DNA of 64,000 bases from an uncultured Bacteroidota bacterium (GTDB lineage: Bacteria; Bacteroidota; Rhodothermia; Rhodothermales; DATKEJ01), in contig CAVYJC010000011.1 in NCBI GenBank assembly GCA_963768715.1, positions 4,050 through 68,049 on the forward strand. The letters run 5' to 3'. The position numbers were made by a program, and so were the translations under genes. Of this stretch, positions 35,377 to 45,605 are shown in pieces (within the stretch, counting starts at the first letter, position 1; the number at the start of each line of letters is the position of its first letter). The notes beneath the pieces were generated by a model. The model was given only the letters and a program-made list of their open reading frames with translations, was not told the DNA's origin and did not search any database.

Positions 35377-37938
35377 TCATCGAACAATCGTCATCGCTCC
35401 AGAACGCGTTCCCAAATCACTGACCAATTCGTAGAAGAATACTCCAGCTTGGCAACGAACCTCGGCACGATCCGATACGAATGAGATACCGGCGTCAAGC
35501 ATTCCCAGTGATTCCTGGCGCAATCTCCGGCCGAGCGGATCAATGATCAACAGACTAACGGTTGTTCGGCGTGGCAAGCTAAATGGAATGCTTGTGCTTT
35601 GATTGAATGGGTTCGGGTAGTTGCTATCGACAGTGAACCTTTCCGGGACTTCGAGTTCATTATCGGTCGCGGTTCTTGTCGGATAGCCTTCGTCAAAAGC
35701 TTGTCTCACCTTCGTGGCTGAAGTGCGCAAGCTCGCAATGGAGTCGAAACGATCATTTCCTTGGGCCCAGATGATTGCCAGCGTCACATTACGAGTTTGT
35801 CCAGGATGCAGCGAGAAGGGTCCCAATGAAGCAACGAAACGCCTTTCGCCCGGCTGGTTCCTCGTCCCGGCACCGTCAATGTTCGCCTCACTCCAAAAGT
35901 TTGGCGGTATACCTGTGTACATGAGGGTCGTCGGCGTCCCGTCTTTCCCGTCACCGCCAAAAGTCAGCGCTGAACCGTCTCGCCATTTCCCGCTGAGATA
36001 CTGGTAGGCTTCTTGACCAGACGTCGGGTTGCCGAACGACGAGTCGTCATCACGATATGCTATGAAGCGGGTCAAGCCGATCGTCTCATCGGCCTCGTCC
36101 ACCTCCCCGTCATGATCGTTGTCAACCCCATCATCGGCGACGTTTACGCCTTCAAGTGCAACTACTCCCACGGCACTGGGTGTGTCCCCATAACCGTATT
36201 CGCCTCCATCGAAGTTGTCTCCATTCCAAACGAATGCAATTCCGTTTGTTGAATCAAATCCAACGTAGTCGTCGGTTGGGTCACCGAGAGCCGCGTCCAC
36301 CCAGAGTCCGAGAAACACTGCGCCCACGCTCGTTCCCCCTTTGTGCTCCAGAACGAGGTTGAGGAGAATCGAGTTGTTAATCGCAGATTGTTTGCTCAGC
36401 GAAGCATACGCAGTGCCCCTCACCTCCAGTCCAATCGGTGAAGTCCCTGACCAGTCATGTTGATTTCCGGCATCATTCATCACCCACCAGATTGTCTGGT
36501 CGCCCTTGAGCTGCGGTCGATCACCGTTGGCAAGATTATAGTTGTTCGGGTTACCATCTCGATCAACCACTGGAGCGCCCAATTGGTAAGGCCAGTCTGC
36601 AAGATCTTGCGACGCGGCACCCGATGACTCGTATTGGCGTAGATCTTCCACGCTGACTTTGAAGATTCGGTCGTATGATGAACAGTCATCCGACGGCTCG
36701 CCGTCCGAATCGAGCGGACCGGGGAAGAACTCCCATGGCCCGAAATCTGAGGCGGCAACTCGAAGCTCCTTTTCAATCAAACCACCTACCCAGATTCCCC
36801 CGATCGATAACGCTTGGTGTCCTGATCCGACAGGAACCTCGAAATATGGTGGTTGCAGGGAACTGTTTCCGAACAGACTGCCGTTGTTGAAAATGGTGGT
36901 TTGGACGTTGTTTGCATCGAGTTGATGACTCGCGGTCGCGGGCTCGCAACTCCCAACTGGCACTGGCGTCGGCATGCGATTTGGCACTCCTATAGTCTGC
37001 AAGCCGATGTCCCACGCTCCAGCGCCGATCCCGTCGTCGAATCTCGAGAGGCTCCGGCCGGGAGGCGCTACAACTGCTGCCTCCCCTTCGATCCACAGCC
37101 CTGCAGCAGTGGCTTGTTGCTCTCTCGAATGGGCGCCCTCACCGTAGGCCAGGTAGTCAACAAGAATCCCGGGTGACTGATCCTCGTTTCCCTCGTACAG
37201 AGCAACCTCGTCGCTCTCAGAGTCGAGCTGGTCGAAGATCGAGACGAAGAATCCACCGGGGCTGACGAGCATCGAATTGGTCAGCCGGCCGAGATCGCGA
37301 ATTCGAGAACAGTCCGAACCATTGCATATCCACCACAGGGAAAGATCGATTTCGCCTGTCCCTGAGTTGAGCATCTCGACATATCCGTGCTCGATGTCGA
37401 TTTCATTAAGTTGCATGATCGGTACCGGCCGCTCATTCGCGGAGCCGAGAGTAGGCAAACCTTTGCTCCAGGAAGCAGCGCCCGGTGCAGTTGCGAAACG
37501 CGACATCGTCCAACCAAAGCCAGGTCTTGCGACCGACTCGCCAGTTGTCCAGAGTCCCGCCTGGGCGGCAAGGGGTTCTCGTGTGTTTGTGCCTGCGCCG
37601 TAGCGGAGGTAGTCGGCCAATGAGCCAGAGTCAGAGAAGTTGGGTCCGACGTAAAGTGCGACCTCACCGTTTGCTTGCAAATCGGGGAAATCGATCACCA
37701 CGAACAGGTCGGCAATGATACTCGTCGAACCCACGCTAATCGCGAGTGTCCCAATCTGTCGGCAATTGGAGGAGTTGCAGAGCCACCAGTTGGCGACGTC
37801 TTGCGTGGTTGCTCCAGCATTTCGTAGCTCGACCCGCTTCTCATCCAGACTGACCTCGTTGAGAACAACCTGGGCTCGAGCCAGACGTACCGATCCCGCA
37901 ACAGAAAGAATAACGATTAGGACCGCGACGCCTCTCAT
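35377..37938 (-). CDS. large secreted protein with two lamin-tail-domain-like repeats and a T9SS C-terminal domain
   Basis: 'VVLNEVSLDEKRVELRNAGATTQDVANWWL' and 'IMQLNEIDIEHGYVEMLNSGTGEIDLSLWWI'. CTD 'NYPNPFNQSTSIPFSLP...GVFFYELV'. Confidence 0.7.
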   Translation of the reverse strand: MRGVAVLIVILSVAGSVRLARAQVVLNEVSLDEKRVELRNAGATTQDVANWWLCNSSNCRQIGTLAISVGSTSIIADLFVVIDFPDLQANGEVALYVGPNFSDSGSLADYLRYGAGTNTREPLAAQAGLWTTGESVARPGFGWTMSRFATAPGAASWSKGLPTLGSANERPVPIMQLNEIDIEHGYVEMLNSGTGEIDLSLWWICNGSDCSRIRDLGRLTNSMLVSPGGFFVSIFDQLDSESDEVALYEGNEDQSPGILVDYLAYGEGAHSREQQATAAGLWIEGEAAVVAPPGRSLSRFDDGIGAGAWDIGLQTIGVPNRMPTPVPVGSCEPATASHQLDANNVQTTIFNNGSLFGNSSLQPPYFEVPVGSGHQALSIGGIWVGGLIEKELRVAASDFGPWEFFPGPLDSDGEPSDDCSSYDRIFKVSVEDLRQYESSGAASQDLADWPYQLGAPVVDRDGNPNNYNLANGDRPQLKGDQTIWWVMNDAGNQHDWSGTSPIGLEVRGTAYASLSKQSAINNSILLNLVLEHKGGTSVGAVFLGLWVDAALGDPTDDYVGFDSTNGIAFVWNGDNFDGGEYGYGDTPSAVGVVALEGVNVADDGVDNDHDGEVDEADETIGLTRFIAYRDDDSSFGNPTSGQEAYQYLSGKWRDGSALTFGGDGKDGTPTTLMYTGIPPNFWSEANIDGAGTRNQPGERRFVASLGPFSLHPGQTRNVTLAIIWAQGNDRFDSIASLRTSATKVRQAFDEGYPTRTATDNELEVPERFTVDSNYPNPFNQSTSIPFSLPRRTTVSLLIIDPLGRRLRQESLGMLDAGISFVSDRAEVRCQAGVFFYELVSDLGTRSGAMTIVR

Positions 37939-38066
37939 ATGACGTGTGGTAATGCCTACAGAGGTCCCACGAACTTACGCGACGGTGATCAGAATCCCCA
38001 TGTATTTGTTCGCGACCTTCGTTCCGGTCTCCCTAGCGCCATTGCCTCACATACCCCTGTCCTCCC

Positions 38067-38105
38067 CGTCATTTGTGTCATTTCTCTCTGGGGAGGAAAA
38101 TGACA
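38067..38105. repeat. GTCATTT...AAATGAC hairpin element
   Basis: cgtcatttgtGTCATTTctctctggggaggAAAATGACa. Confidence 0.55.
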
Positions 38106-38394
38106 CTTGGCGAGGGGTGCCAACCGATCTCTTCCCGCAGCACGAAGCAAAACATCCGCTGAGCGCAGCGCCCGAGTCACTGAAGCCGGAGTGACGCAGC
38201 CCTTCCGACCACACCCCGACAACAACGACAGAGAATCCCCTGTCATGAATACCGCGAAGTTCCGTCACGCGGTTCGATCCCGTTTTGTTCTGTTGGTACG
38301 TTTCGCAAATCACGTTGCAGCGCCGGGCCCACATGGTCGGTCCGGTGCAAGACATGAACACGAGGTTGGTCATTACGCAAATGGGAAATCAACT

Positions 38395-39612
38395 ATGAAC
38401 CTGAGCCTCATCGGAAAATCCATAAGTGAATCGGTCACCCTGAAGCTCAACGAGACGGCGGCCATTCTTCGGGCCAAGGGGGAACCGGTGATTCATCTCG
38501 GCGGCGGCGAACCCAAATCCAGGGCCCCGCTCGACGCCATCGTGGCCGCCGCAGGGTTGATCAATAGCGGGGAGGTACGCTATACCCCTGCGGATGGCAC
38601 GCCCGCATTGAAACAGGCAATCATTCGCTACACGGAGGAATTCTACGGTCGGAAGGTGGAGCCCGAAAACGTGATTGCTTCAGGCGGGGCCAAGCAGTCA
38701 ATCATGGTCGCCCTGCAGGCCATCCTGAATCCACAGGAAGAAGTGATCTTCCCGGCCCCATACTGGGTGAGCTACCCGGAAATGGCGAAGATGGTCGGCG
38801 CGGTCCCCGTGCCGGTCCCTCCCGAGGACGGTTCTTTTTATCCCCGGCTGGAAGACATCGAGCGGTACGTCACGTCCTACACGAAGGCCGTGATCATCAA
38901 TAGTCCCAACAACCCGACGGGGGCGATGTATCCCGAGCAATTCATCGCCGAGATCGTGGAGTTCTGCGAAGAACGCGGCCTGTTTCTGATCATGGACGAT
39001 ATCTACCACCGCCTCGTGTTCGACGGCAAGCGGCCCATCAGCTGCTACAAGTTCTCCAAGGATCTGAGCGATAACTCGAAGCTCATCGTGATCAACGGCG
39101 TATCCAAGCAGTACGCCATGACAGGGTTCCGAATCGGCTGGGCCGTAGCCAGCAAGCGGATCATCAGCGTCATGACCAACATCCAGTCCCACCAGACGTC
39201 CGGGCCTTCAGCCGTCATGCAGGTCGCCGCTGCGGCCGCGCTCAACGGCATCCAGTCAAGCGTGGAAAGCCTGCGAATGACACTGGAGAACAACCGCAAC
39301 GTCATGGTGGAGCGGCTGAGAGCGTTCGACGGCGTCAAGACGGTCGTGCCGGACGGCACCTTCTACTGCTTCCCCGACTTCCGGGCTTATGAGAAGGATT
39401 CGACCAAGCTGAGCAAGTTCCTGCTGGACAAGGTCCGCGTGGTCACGGTTCCGGGGGTTGAGTTCGGGATGGAAGGCTTCCTGCGCCTGTCCACGTGCGG
39501 TACGATCAAGGACATCACCGAAGGCATCGACCGGATCAAGTGGGCGCTCGATCCCAATGCACCGAACGAACTGTTTATTGGCGAGAGAAAGTTAGTGAGG
39601 GACTGGGTATGA
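38395..39612 (+). CDS. class I/II aminotransferase (aspartate aminotransferase-like)
   Basis: 'IHLGGGEP', 'IINSPNNPTG', 'NGVSKQYAMTGFRIGW' (PLP Lys). ATG at 38395. Confidence 0.85.
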   Translation: MNLSLIGKSISESVTLKLNETAAILRAKGEPVIHLGGGEPKSRAPLDAIVAAAGLINSGEVRYTPADGTPALKQAIIRYTEEFYGRKVEPENVIASGGAKQSIMVALQAILNPQEEVIFPAPYWVSYPEMAKMVGAVPVPVPPEDGSFYPRLEDIERYVTSYTKAVIINSPNNPTGAMYPEQFIAEIVEFCEERGLFLIMDDIYHRLVFDGKRPISCYKFSKDLSDNSKLIVINGVSKQYAMTGFRIGWAVASKRIISVMTNIQSHQTSGPSAVMQVAAAAALNGIQSSVESLRMTLENNRNVMVERLRAFDGVKTVVPDGTFYCFPDFRAYEKDSTKLSKFLLDKVRVVTVPGVEFGMEGFLRLSTCGTIKDITEGIDRIKWALDPNAPNELFIGERKLVRDWV

Positions 39613-41261
39613 CCAAATATCTCGAATTCGACACGCCTGCAGGCAAACACGCCGGCGAGCTGGCAAGCGATTTCAAATTGAAGAATCACGGGCTCGCTTA
39701 TCTGGACAGGGTCTTCTGGAACCTGCCCTCCTCGGCCCTTTACGAGGAAGCGGTATTCCGCGGCGAGGGCCACATGATGGAGGGCGGGCCTTTTCTTGTG
39801 CACACCGGAAAGTGGACCGCGCGGGCGGCCAACGACAAGTACATCGTCCAGGAACCGACCACCGCAGAGAAGATCTGGTGGGGCATATACAACCGCCCCA
39901 TGGCGCCGGAGAAGTTCAGCGGGCTCTTCGGGCGGCTGCAGGCCTTTCTCCAGGGTGAAGAACTCTTCGTCCAGGACTGCTACGTGGGTGCGGATCCCGA
40001 ATACCGCATGCCTATCCGCGTGATTACAGAGCACGCCTGGCAGAGTCTCTTCGCGCGGAACATGTTCATCACGCCGAAGACCCGCGACGACTACAGGCGC
40101 CACATTCCGGAATTCACCCTCATCGCCGCTCCCTCCTTCAAGCTGGACCCGAGCGTGGACGGAACGCGCACGGAAACTGCCATCGTTATCAACTTCGCTC
40201 AGCGGCTCGCGCTGGTTTGCAACAGCAGTTACGGAGGAGAAATCAAGAAGTCGTTCTTCTCCATCATGAATTTCCTGCTGCCCCTGCAGAACGTGATGGC
40301 GATGCATTGCTCGGCCAACGTCGGCGATGGGGGAGACGTGGCCCTGTTCTTCGGACTGAGCGGTACGGGGAAGACCACGCTTTCGGCCGATCCAAAGAGA
40401 AAGCTCATCGGCGACGACGAGCACGGCTGGAGTGACAACGGCGTCTTCAATTTCGAAGGAGGATGCTATGCCAAGGTGATCCGGCTCTCGGCTGAGAATG
40501 AACCGGAGATCTACGCCTGCACCCGCAGATTCGGCACCATTCTCGAAAACGTGGTCTGGGATCCCGCCACACGGCACATCGACCTCGACGACGACAAGGT
40601 GACCGAGAACACGCGGTCTTCGTATCCGCTGGAATTCATTCCGAACGCCATGCCTGAGAAGATGGCTCCGTCGCACCCGAAGAACGTCATCTTCCTGACC
40701 TGCGATGCCTCGGGCGTCCTTCCTCCAATCGCACGTTTGAACATGAACCAGGCGATGTACCACTTCATCAGCGGCTACACCTCCAAACTCGGTGGCACTG
40801 AAATCGGCCTCGGCGCCGAACCCGAAATTACTTTCAGCGCCTGTTTCGGCGGTCCCTTCATGGTCCATCACCCCTCTTACTACGCCAATCTGCTGAAGCA
40901 GAAGATGGAGAGGTACGGAGCCACGTGCTGGCTCGTGAACACGGGCTGGGTGGGCGGCAAGTTTGGCGTGGGCAAGCGCATCAGCATCCGCCATACGCGC
41001 AACATGCTGGATGCCGCCCTGGAGGGCAAGCTGGACGGCGTGAAGTATCGCAAGGACAAGCTATTCGGCTTCGAAGTGCCGCTTACCTGTCCCGACGTGC
41101 CCTCCGACGTCCTGGAACCGTCCAATGCCTGGGGAAATAAGGAGGAGTACTGGATGAAGTACGACGCGCTCGGCGCCCGCTATATCGAGAACTTCAAACT
41201 CTTCGCCGGCGAATGTTCCGACGAAGTCGTCAAGGCAGGCCCAAAACGGCTCGGCAAGTAG
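39609..41261 (+). CDS. pckA: phosphoenolpyruvate carboxykinase (ATP)
   Basis: 'TGKWTARAANDKYIV', 'FFGLSGTGKTTLSADP', 'IGDDEHGW', 'NTGWVGG'. ATGA overlap with the upstream stop. Confidence 0.95.
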   Translation: MTKYLEFDTPAGKHAGELASDFKLKNHGLAYLDRVFWNLPSSALYEEAVFRGEGHMMEGGPFLVHTGKWTARAANDKYIVQEPTTAEKIWWGIYNRPMAPEKFSGLFGRLQAFLQGEELFVQDCYVGADPEYRMPIRVITEHAWQSLFARNMFITPKTRDDYRRHIPEFTLIAAPSFKLDPSVDGTRTETAIVINFAQRLALVCNSSYGGEIKKSFFSIMNFLLPLQNVMAMHCSANVGDGGDVALFFGLSGTGKTTLSADPKRKLIGDDEHGWSDNGVFNFEGGCYAKVIRLSAENEPEIYACTRRFGTILENVVWDPATRHIDLDDDKVTENTRSSYPLEFIPNAMPEKMAPSHPKNVIFLTCDASGVLPPIARLNMNQAMYHFISGYTSKLGGTEIGLGAEPEITFSACFGGPFMVHHPSYYANLLKQKMERYGATCWLVNTGWVGGKFGVGKRISIRHTRNMLDAALEGKLDGVKYRKDKLFGFEVPLTCPDVPSDVLEPSNAWGNKEEYWMKYDALGARYIENFKLFAGECSDEVVKAGPKRLGK

Positions 41262-41373
41262 CGATTTCGGATCGATCGTAGCGAGGCAAAGCTCATGCGG
41301 AAGCATAGGACCGAACAAAACCTGTGTCTGTCGGTCAAAATAATCTTTGGACCAATGCGCGTTGGCGGCGACC

Positions 41374-41490
41374 ATGGAGAAACAAGCACGGATACGAAAA
41401 CAGGTCGGCTCGAACAAGTCGCTGCCTCCGCTACGGCAGCGCCTTCCTCCTGAGAACATTGATCCTTCCGTTCACAAAAGCAGATCTTGA
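41374..41490 (+). CDS. possible 38-codon upstream ORF coupled to the NTase gene
   Basis: MEKQARIRKQVGSNKSLPPLRQRLPPENIDPSVHKSRS*. Its TGA overlaps the TTG start (tcTTGAgc). The frame is not preserved in copy 1 because of a 1-nt indel. Confidence 0.2.
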   Translation: MEKQARIRKQVGSNKSLPPLRQRLPPENIDPSVHKSRS

Positions 41491-41957
41491 GCGAGAAACC
41501 AACTTCGTTCGAAGAGTTGTTGGCCGACCTGAGTCGTCACGGCGTTGAGTACATCCTCGTAGGAGGGTTGGCGGTGGCACTGTGTGGTTTCGTTCGCGCA
41601 ACACTGGACGTAGACATTCTTGTACAGGCGGGAGAGGGAAATATCCGCCGGCTCCTGGGCCGACTCACTCACTTCGGAGAAGGCCACGCCCGGGAACTCA
41701 AGGCGAGCGATTTTACCCTGGAAGAGGGTAGTATCCGCATAGTCGAAGATTTTGCAGTCGATGTCTTCACCCTGATGAGTGGCAACACCTACGAGGATAT
41801 GTTGCCGCTTACGGCGCGGCACAGGATTGAGGACACAGAGGTTGTGTTTCTCAATGCTGAGGGTTTGATCATGCTCAAGGCCGACTCGTTGCGCCCACAA
41901 GATCAAATTGATGTGCAGACCCTCAAGGACATTATGCGAAGTCAGGACAGTCAATAG
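41487..41957 (+). CDS. small nucleotidyltransferase-fold protein, second copy
   Basis: 148 of 156 residues identical to 33578..34048 (counted by eye). Confidence 0.6.
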   Translation: MSEKPTSFEELLADLSRHGVEYILVGGLAVALCGFVRATLDVDILVQAGEGNIRRLLGRLTHFGEGHARELKASDFTLEEGSIRIVEDFAVDVFTLMSGNTYEDMLPLTARHRIEDTEVVFLNAEGLIMLKADSLRPQDQIDVQTLKDIMRSQDSQ

Positions 41958-42081
41958 GCCTCAAATCTGATCGACGACTCTGATGGGGCGCGGAATGTTT
42001 TCTTGTCCAAACGACACCACGATCGCTCGTGAGCGACTGGGCGCCAAAATGGGCACCAGATAACTTCAAACACCAAACCTG

Positions 42082-42110
42082 GGGCGCGCCGGTCGGTGCG
42101 CCTTATTTGT
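42082..42110 (+). terminator. rho-independent terminator of cassette copy 2
   Basis: GGCGCGCCggtcGGTGCGCC followed by TTATTTGTTT. Confidence 0.6.
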
Positions 42111-42160
42111 TTCAAACAGAGGATTCTTACTCCTTGCCTGCACAACCCATCGCCGGCGCC

Positions 42161-42217
42161 CGTCATCCCCAACCTGGTGAGGGATCCCTCCTTCGCTGAG
42201 GCTCGTTCGGGATGACA
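42161..42217. repeat. 57-bp inverted-repeat element (CGTCATCCCC ... GGGATGACA)
   Basis: Same termini and core as 24845-24909. Confidence 0.7.
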
Positions 42218-42312
42218 TATAGCGGATCTCGTCGCACGTCTGGTCGCCGTCAGCCGCCACGCACCACGTCGTATCTTGCCCGGGCTATCAAAAGGACGAT
42301 CTCAGAGGCTTC

Positions 42313-43122
42313 ATGAAAGAGTTTAGTGAAAGAGAAATCGGCGCCATTCTAAAACGGGCTGCAGAGAACACGAGTCGGGACGATCCGGATTCTATCGGTC
42401 TGACTGTTGAAGAATTGCAGCAACTAGCGTCCGATACGGGGATCGATCCGGACCAGATAAGAAAAGCCGCCGCGGAGCTCGACCTGGAATCCGAAAGCGT
42501 CGACCGGTCCCTCTGGGGCGGACCCTTTTCGTTCGACAGGCAGATGGTCCTGCATAGGGAAATTACCGCCGGGGAATGGGAGGACATGCTCATTTCGATC
42601 CGCAAGTGCTTCAAGTCCGAGGGCGTGGTCAAGATCCGGGATTCCGTTTTCGAGTGGAGCTCTCCATGGGGCGCCACGAATTCGGCGCATGTAACCGCCG
42701 TAAAGGAAGACGGAAAGACCAAGATCAGCGTCTTTTGGAACGGGCCGCTGACTGCCCTTCCGTTCTATGTCCCCCTGCCGCTGACCGCGATCCTGTCCCT
42801 GTTTCTCGCGCCTGAATTCCTGGGATTGAGTGCCGTTCCGGGCTTCATATTTGTGCTGCTTATGATGGCGCTGACCTTCATGGCCGGCCGGTGGGCGCTC
42901 ACGAGACACATGGACAAGCTGTTCGCCGGCTTCCGGCAAATGACGGCGGAATTCGAGCATCTGTCGACTAAGACGGAGGCAGAATCCGGCGCCGTGTCGA
43001 ATCAGGCAGGCGCACTGCAGAATGAGGCTGACGGTCGCGGACCGCTTTTGAACCTGGATGAGCCGATGGGCGAGGACGAATCGCGCACGATGTCCGGAGG
43101 TCGCGATCGTTCCCGAGGATAA
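42313..43122 (+). CDS. membrane protein, intact paralogue of 5078..5882
   Basis: N-terminal helical module, middle 'EW'-containing domain, two TM helices, acidic tail. Confidence 0.55.
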   Translation: MKEFSEREIGAILKRAAENTSRDDPDSIGLTVEELQQLASDTGIDPDQIRKAAAELDLESESVDRSLWGGPFSFDRQMVLHREITAGEWEDMLISIRKCFKSEGVVKIRDSVFEWSSPWGATNSAHVTAVKEDGKTKISVFWNGPLTALPFYVPLPLTAILSLFLAPEFLGLSAVPGFIFVLLMMALTFMAGRWALTRHMDKLFAGFRQMTAEFEHLSTKTEAESGAVSNQAGALQNEADGRGPLLNLDEPMGEDESRTMSGGRDRSRG

Positions 43123-43293
43123 CAGATCGACTGCGCCGCTATGATTTGACCACGCCCGCTAGAGGAAGAAAAAATAGTGGGGTGAGAGGGTTGTTTTACT
43201 CGGAGCAGGCGTCGAGATTTGGTGGCGAATCTCGTATTCTTTCCCTCAATTCAAGTCATCTGGCGAGACACGTGTCTCACGGGAGGATCCACC

Positions 43294-44823
43294 ATGTTTC
43301 CGAGAAGACTCGTGTTCGTTGTCGCCGTTCTGACCTTCACGGTCGTCAACAGTGGGGCCCGGGCTCAGGCGCCGCGCGTAATGTCGTTTCAAGGCCTGCT
43401 CACCGACGATCTGGGTGTGCCCATCGACGGAACGCGAGACATCACGTTGAAGATCTTTGACGCGGTGTCGGCAGGTACGCAGAAATGGAGCCGAACCTAC
43501 GCCGGCGTTTCCGTGAACGACGGTGTCTTCAACTTGGCACTGGAGGCCGGGTCACCCCTGTTCTACTTCGTTGAATTCGAGGATTCACTGTGGATCCAGG
43601 TCGAGGTGGACGCCGAGGTGGTCGGCCCGCGTAACCAGCTCACGGCGTCGCCGTACGCTATGGGGCTTAGCCTCCCGATTTACGCCTCGACGCCGGAGTC
43701 ATCATATGGGCTCGAGATTGAGAACACGGCTTCCTCAGGAGGATCCGGAGTAAAGGGGACGGCCAACGCGCACGACGGCGTAGGCGTGTACGGCCTGTCG
43801 AAATCAGAGGTCGGATCATCCTACGGCGTCTACGGGAGGAGTCGGTCGGCGATCGGGCGAGGCGTTTATGGCGAGGCGACATCGGCGACCGGCTCTGTCC
43901 AAGGCGTCTCTGGGACCAGCTACTCGACCGAGGGAACCGGCGTTTTTGGCGAGGTGCTTTCTGCAACAGGAGCCACCGTCGGAGTCAGCGGATACGTAAC
44001 GTCGTCGGCCGGCTGGGGCGTGTACGGTTTGGCATCTTCGGTGACGGGGGTCACCAACGGCGTCAGGGGGATTGTCAATTCGCCAACCGGCTGGGCCGGC
44101 TATTTCGGGGGCGGAAACGGTACGTTTACGAGAGGCGCGACCAACGACTCGCCGGATCTCATCCTTGGCGGGTCGTCAACCACAGACGACGACGGACGAA
44201 TTTTCTCCGATCCGGACTATCCCGACTCAGACATCTGGCTCCAAACCAACGATGCTTTGGTGGTTGTACTTGACAACGATGGAGGTGGACTGGATGCCGA
44301 TTTTGAGGTTAGGAATAATGCGCAGGCAGTTCTCTTCGATGTCGATGAGAGCGGGGCGGTCTCGATCCCCGGCACACTCAGCAAAGGAAGCGGCACTTTC
44401 AAGATCGACCACCCGCTCGATCCAGAACACAAGTACCTCTACCACAGCTTCGTGGAGAGTCCGGAGATGAAGAACATCTACGACGGGACCGTCATCCTGG
44501 ATCAATCCGGATCGGCGATGATCGAGTTGCCGGCGTATTTCGAGGCCCTCAACCGGGACTTTCGGTATTAGCTAACCGCGATTGGTCAACCCGCGCCCGA
44601 CTTGTACGTCAGCCGCCGTGTCGAGGGCAACCGGTTTTCCGTTGCCGGAGGCAAACCCGGAATGGAAGTCTCGTGGCTGTTGACCGGTGTTCGCAAGGAT
44701 CCCTTTGCGGAGACGCATCCCGTCCAGGTAGAGGTGGACAAGCCCCCAGACGAAATCGGGACTTATCTGCATCCTGATGCATACCGCTCGATCGCAAAGA
44801 AAAAGGAGCTCGCGGAGCGGTAG
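43294..44823 (+). CDS. secreted repeat protein with (G)VYG repeats and a conserved C-terminal domain, interrupted by an in-frame TAG at 44569
   Basis: Signal peptide MFPRRLVFVVAVLTFTVV. Repeats 'GVGVYGLS..SYGVYGRS..GRGVYGEA'. 'FKIDHPLDPEHKYLYHSFVESPEMKNIYDG..YFEALNRDFRY*LTAIGQPAPDLYV...' continues in the same frame to 44823. Confidence 0.55.
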
Positions 44824-44919
44824 TCGTTCCCCGATTTCTTGCTGACCGGTATCGAGGGATGCGAGTCGCAAATTGGGTCGCAGCGGTTGGCGTGCCTTTT
44901 TCTGCAGCGCCGTCGCTGT

Positions 44920-45429
44920 CTAGACTCCGCCGTACTGCGCTCGCAAGGCTACATCCGGCCGACTTCCCGGCTCCAGTGGTTCGCCGAAGTACGGAGGCAC
45001 CTTCCCCAGCAGCCTCAGGTACAATGAGATCTGGGCGGCGTGATGAACCTCGTGCTCGAGCAATGCCCAGAGCCGGGATGCCCTCGTTGATGGAGGCTCG
45101 CCAAACGTCTCGAATAAACCGCGGACATCCAGCCCGTCCAGCTTGCCCCGTGCTCGCGCGTGAGCATCCTCGAAGGACATCCTCAGCTTGTCGATGTCGC
45201 GGACGCGTTTCGGCAAACGGGCCCGGTCGAGATCCCAATCATCCTCGAAGAGCCCACGGATCATGAGATCCTCAGCCTGTGCGATGTGTACGAACTGCTG
45301 ACCCAGATTCATCATCTCTGGTAGAGGACGCCAATCGAGATCCGGCTCCTCGACCTGATCAAGCATCTGCAGTGTGACGGCGCGATATCGTTCGAAGTGC
45401 TCCCAGTAGTCGCTTAACTCGTCTATCAT
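44920..45429 (-). CDS. DinB-family (four-helix bundle) protein
   Basis: 'LGQQFVHIAQAEDL', 'LLEHEVHHAAQISLYLRLLG'. Confidence 0.7.
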   Translation of the reverse strand: MIDELSDYWEHFERYRAVTLQMLDQVEEPDLDWRPLPEMMNLGQQFVHIAQAEDLMIRGLFEDDWDLDRARLPKRVRDIDKLRMSFEDAHARARGKLDGLDVRGLFETFGEPPSTRASRLWALLEHEVHHAAQISLYLRLLGKVPPYFGEPLEPGSRPDVALRAQYGGV

Positions 45430-45605
45430 GATGTTAGTAGCTTCTATGGGATGCCGTGCTGGATAACGTATGAATGTTCGGCATCGTTTTCCATTCTTAC
45501 ATGAATGCCCGCCTGAACCTGAGGTCGAGTGAGTTCCCACGCACAGACGTTGAGAGTCTGGGATAAGGATCCCGCGTGAAGGGCACGGACCTCAACCGGT
45601 TTCAG

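Larger units (their letters stand above)
41312..42112 (+). repeat. 0.8-kb dispersed repeat, copy 2
   Basis: Collinear with 33404..34240. Lies directly downstream of pckA. Confidence 0.85.

Noticed and set aside
33213-38000. A genomic island or prophage integrated at tRNA-Leu.
   Set aside because: No integrase, recombinase or phage genes are present, and no repeat of the tRNA 3' end was seen. GC appears only slightly lower by eye over 34.5-38 kb. Only the small cassette-level repeat structure is reported.
39387-40994. A 535-aa minus-strand ORF. Similar long antisense ORFs occur at 14302..15657, 25164..26372, 29310..30320, 30277..31278, 48058..49254 and 20151..21044.
   Set aside because: Each lies entirely antisense to a strongly supported gene (pckA, GH5, aminotransferase, decarboxylase, ATP-grasp, cydA, K+ channel). 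The sequences are Arg/Gly/Pro-rich, as expected for open antisense frames in high-GC DNA.
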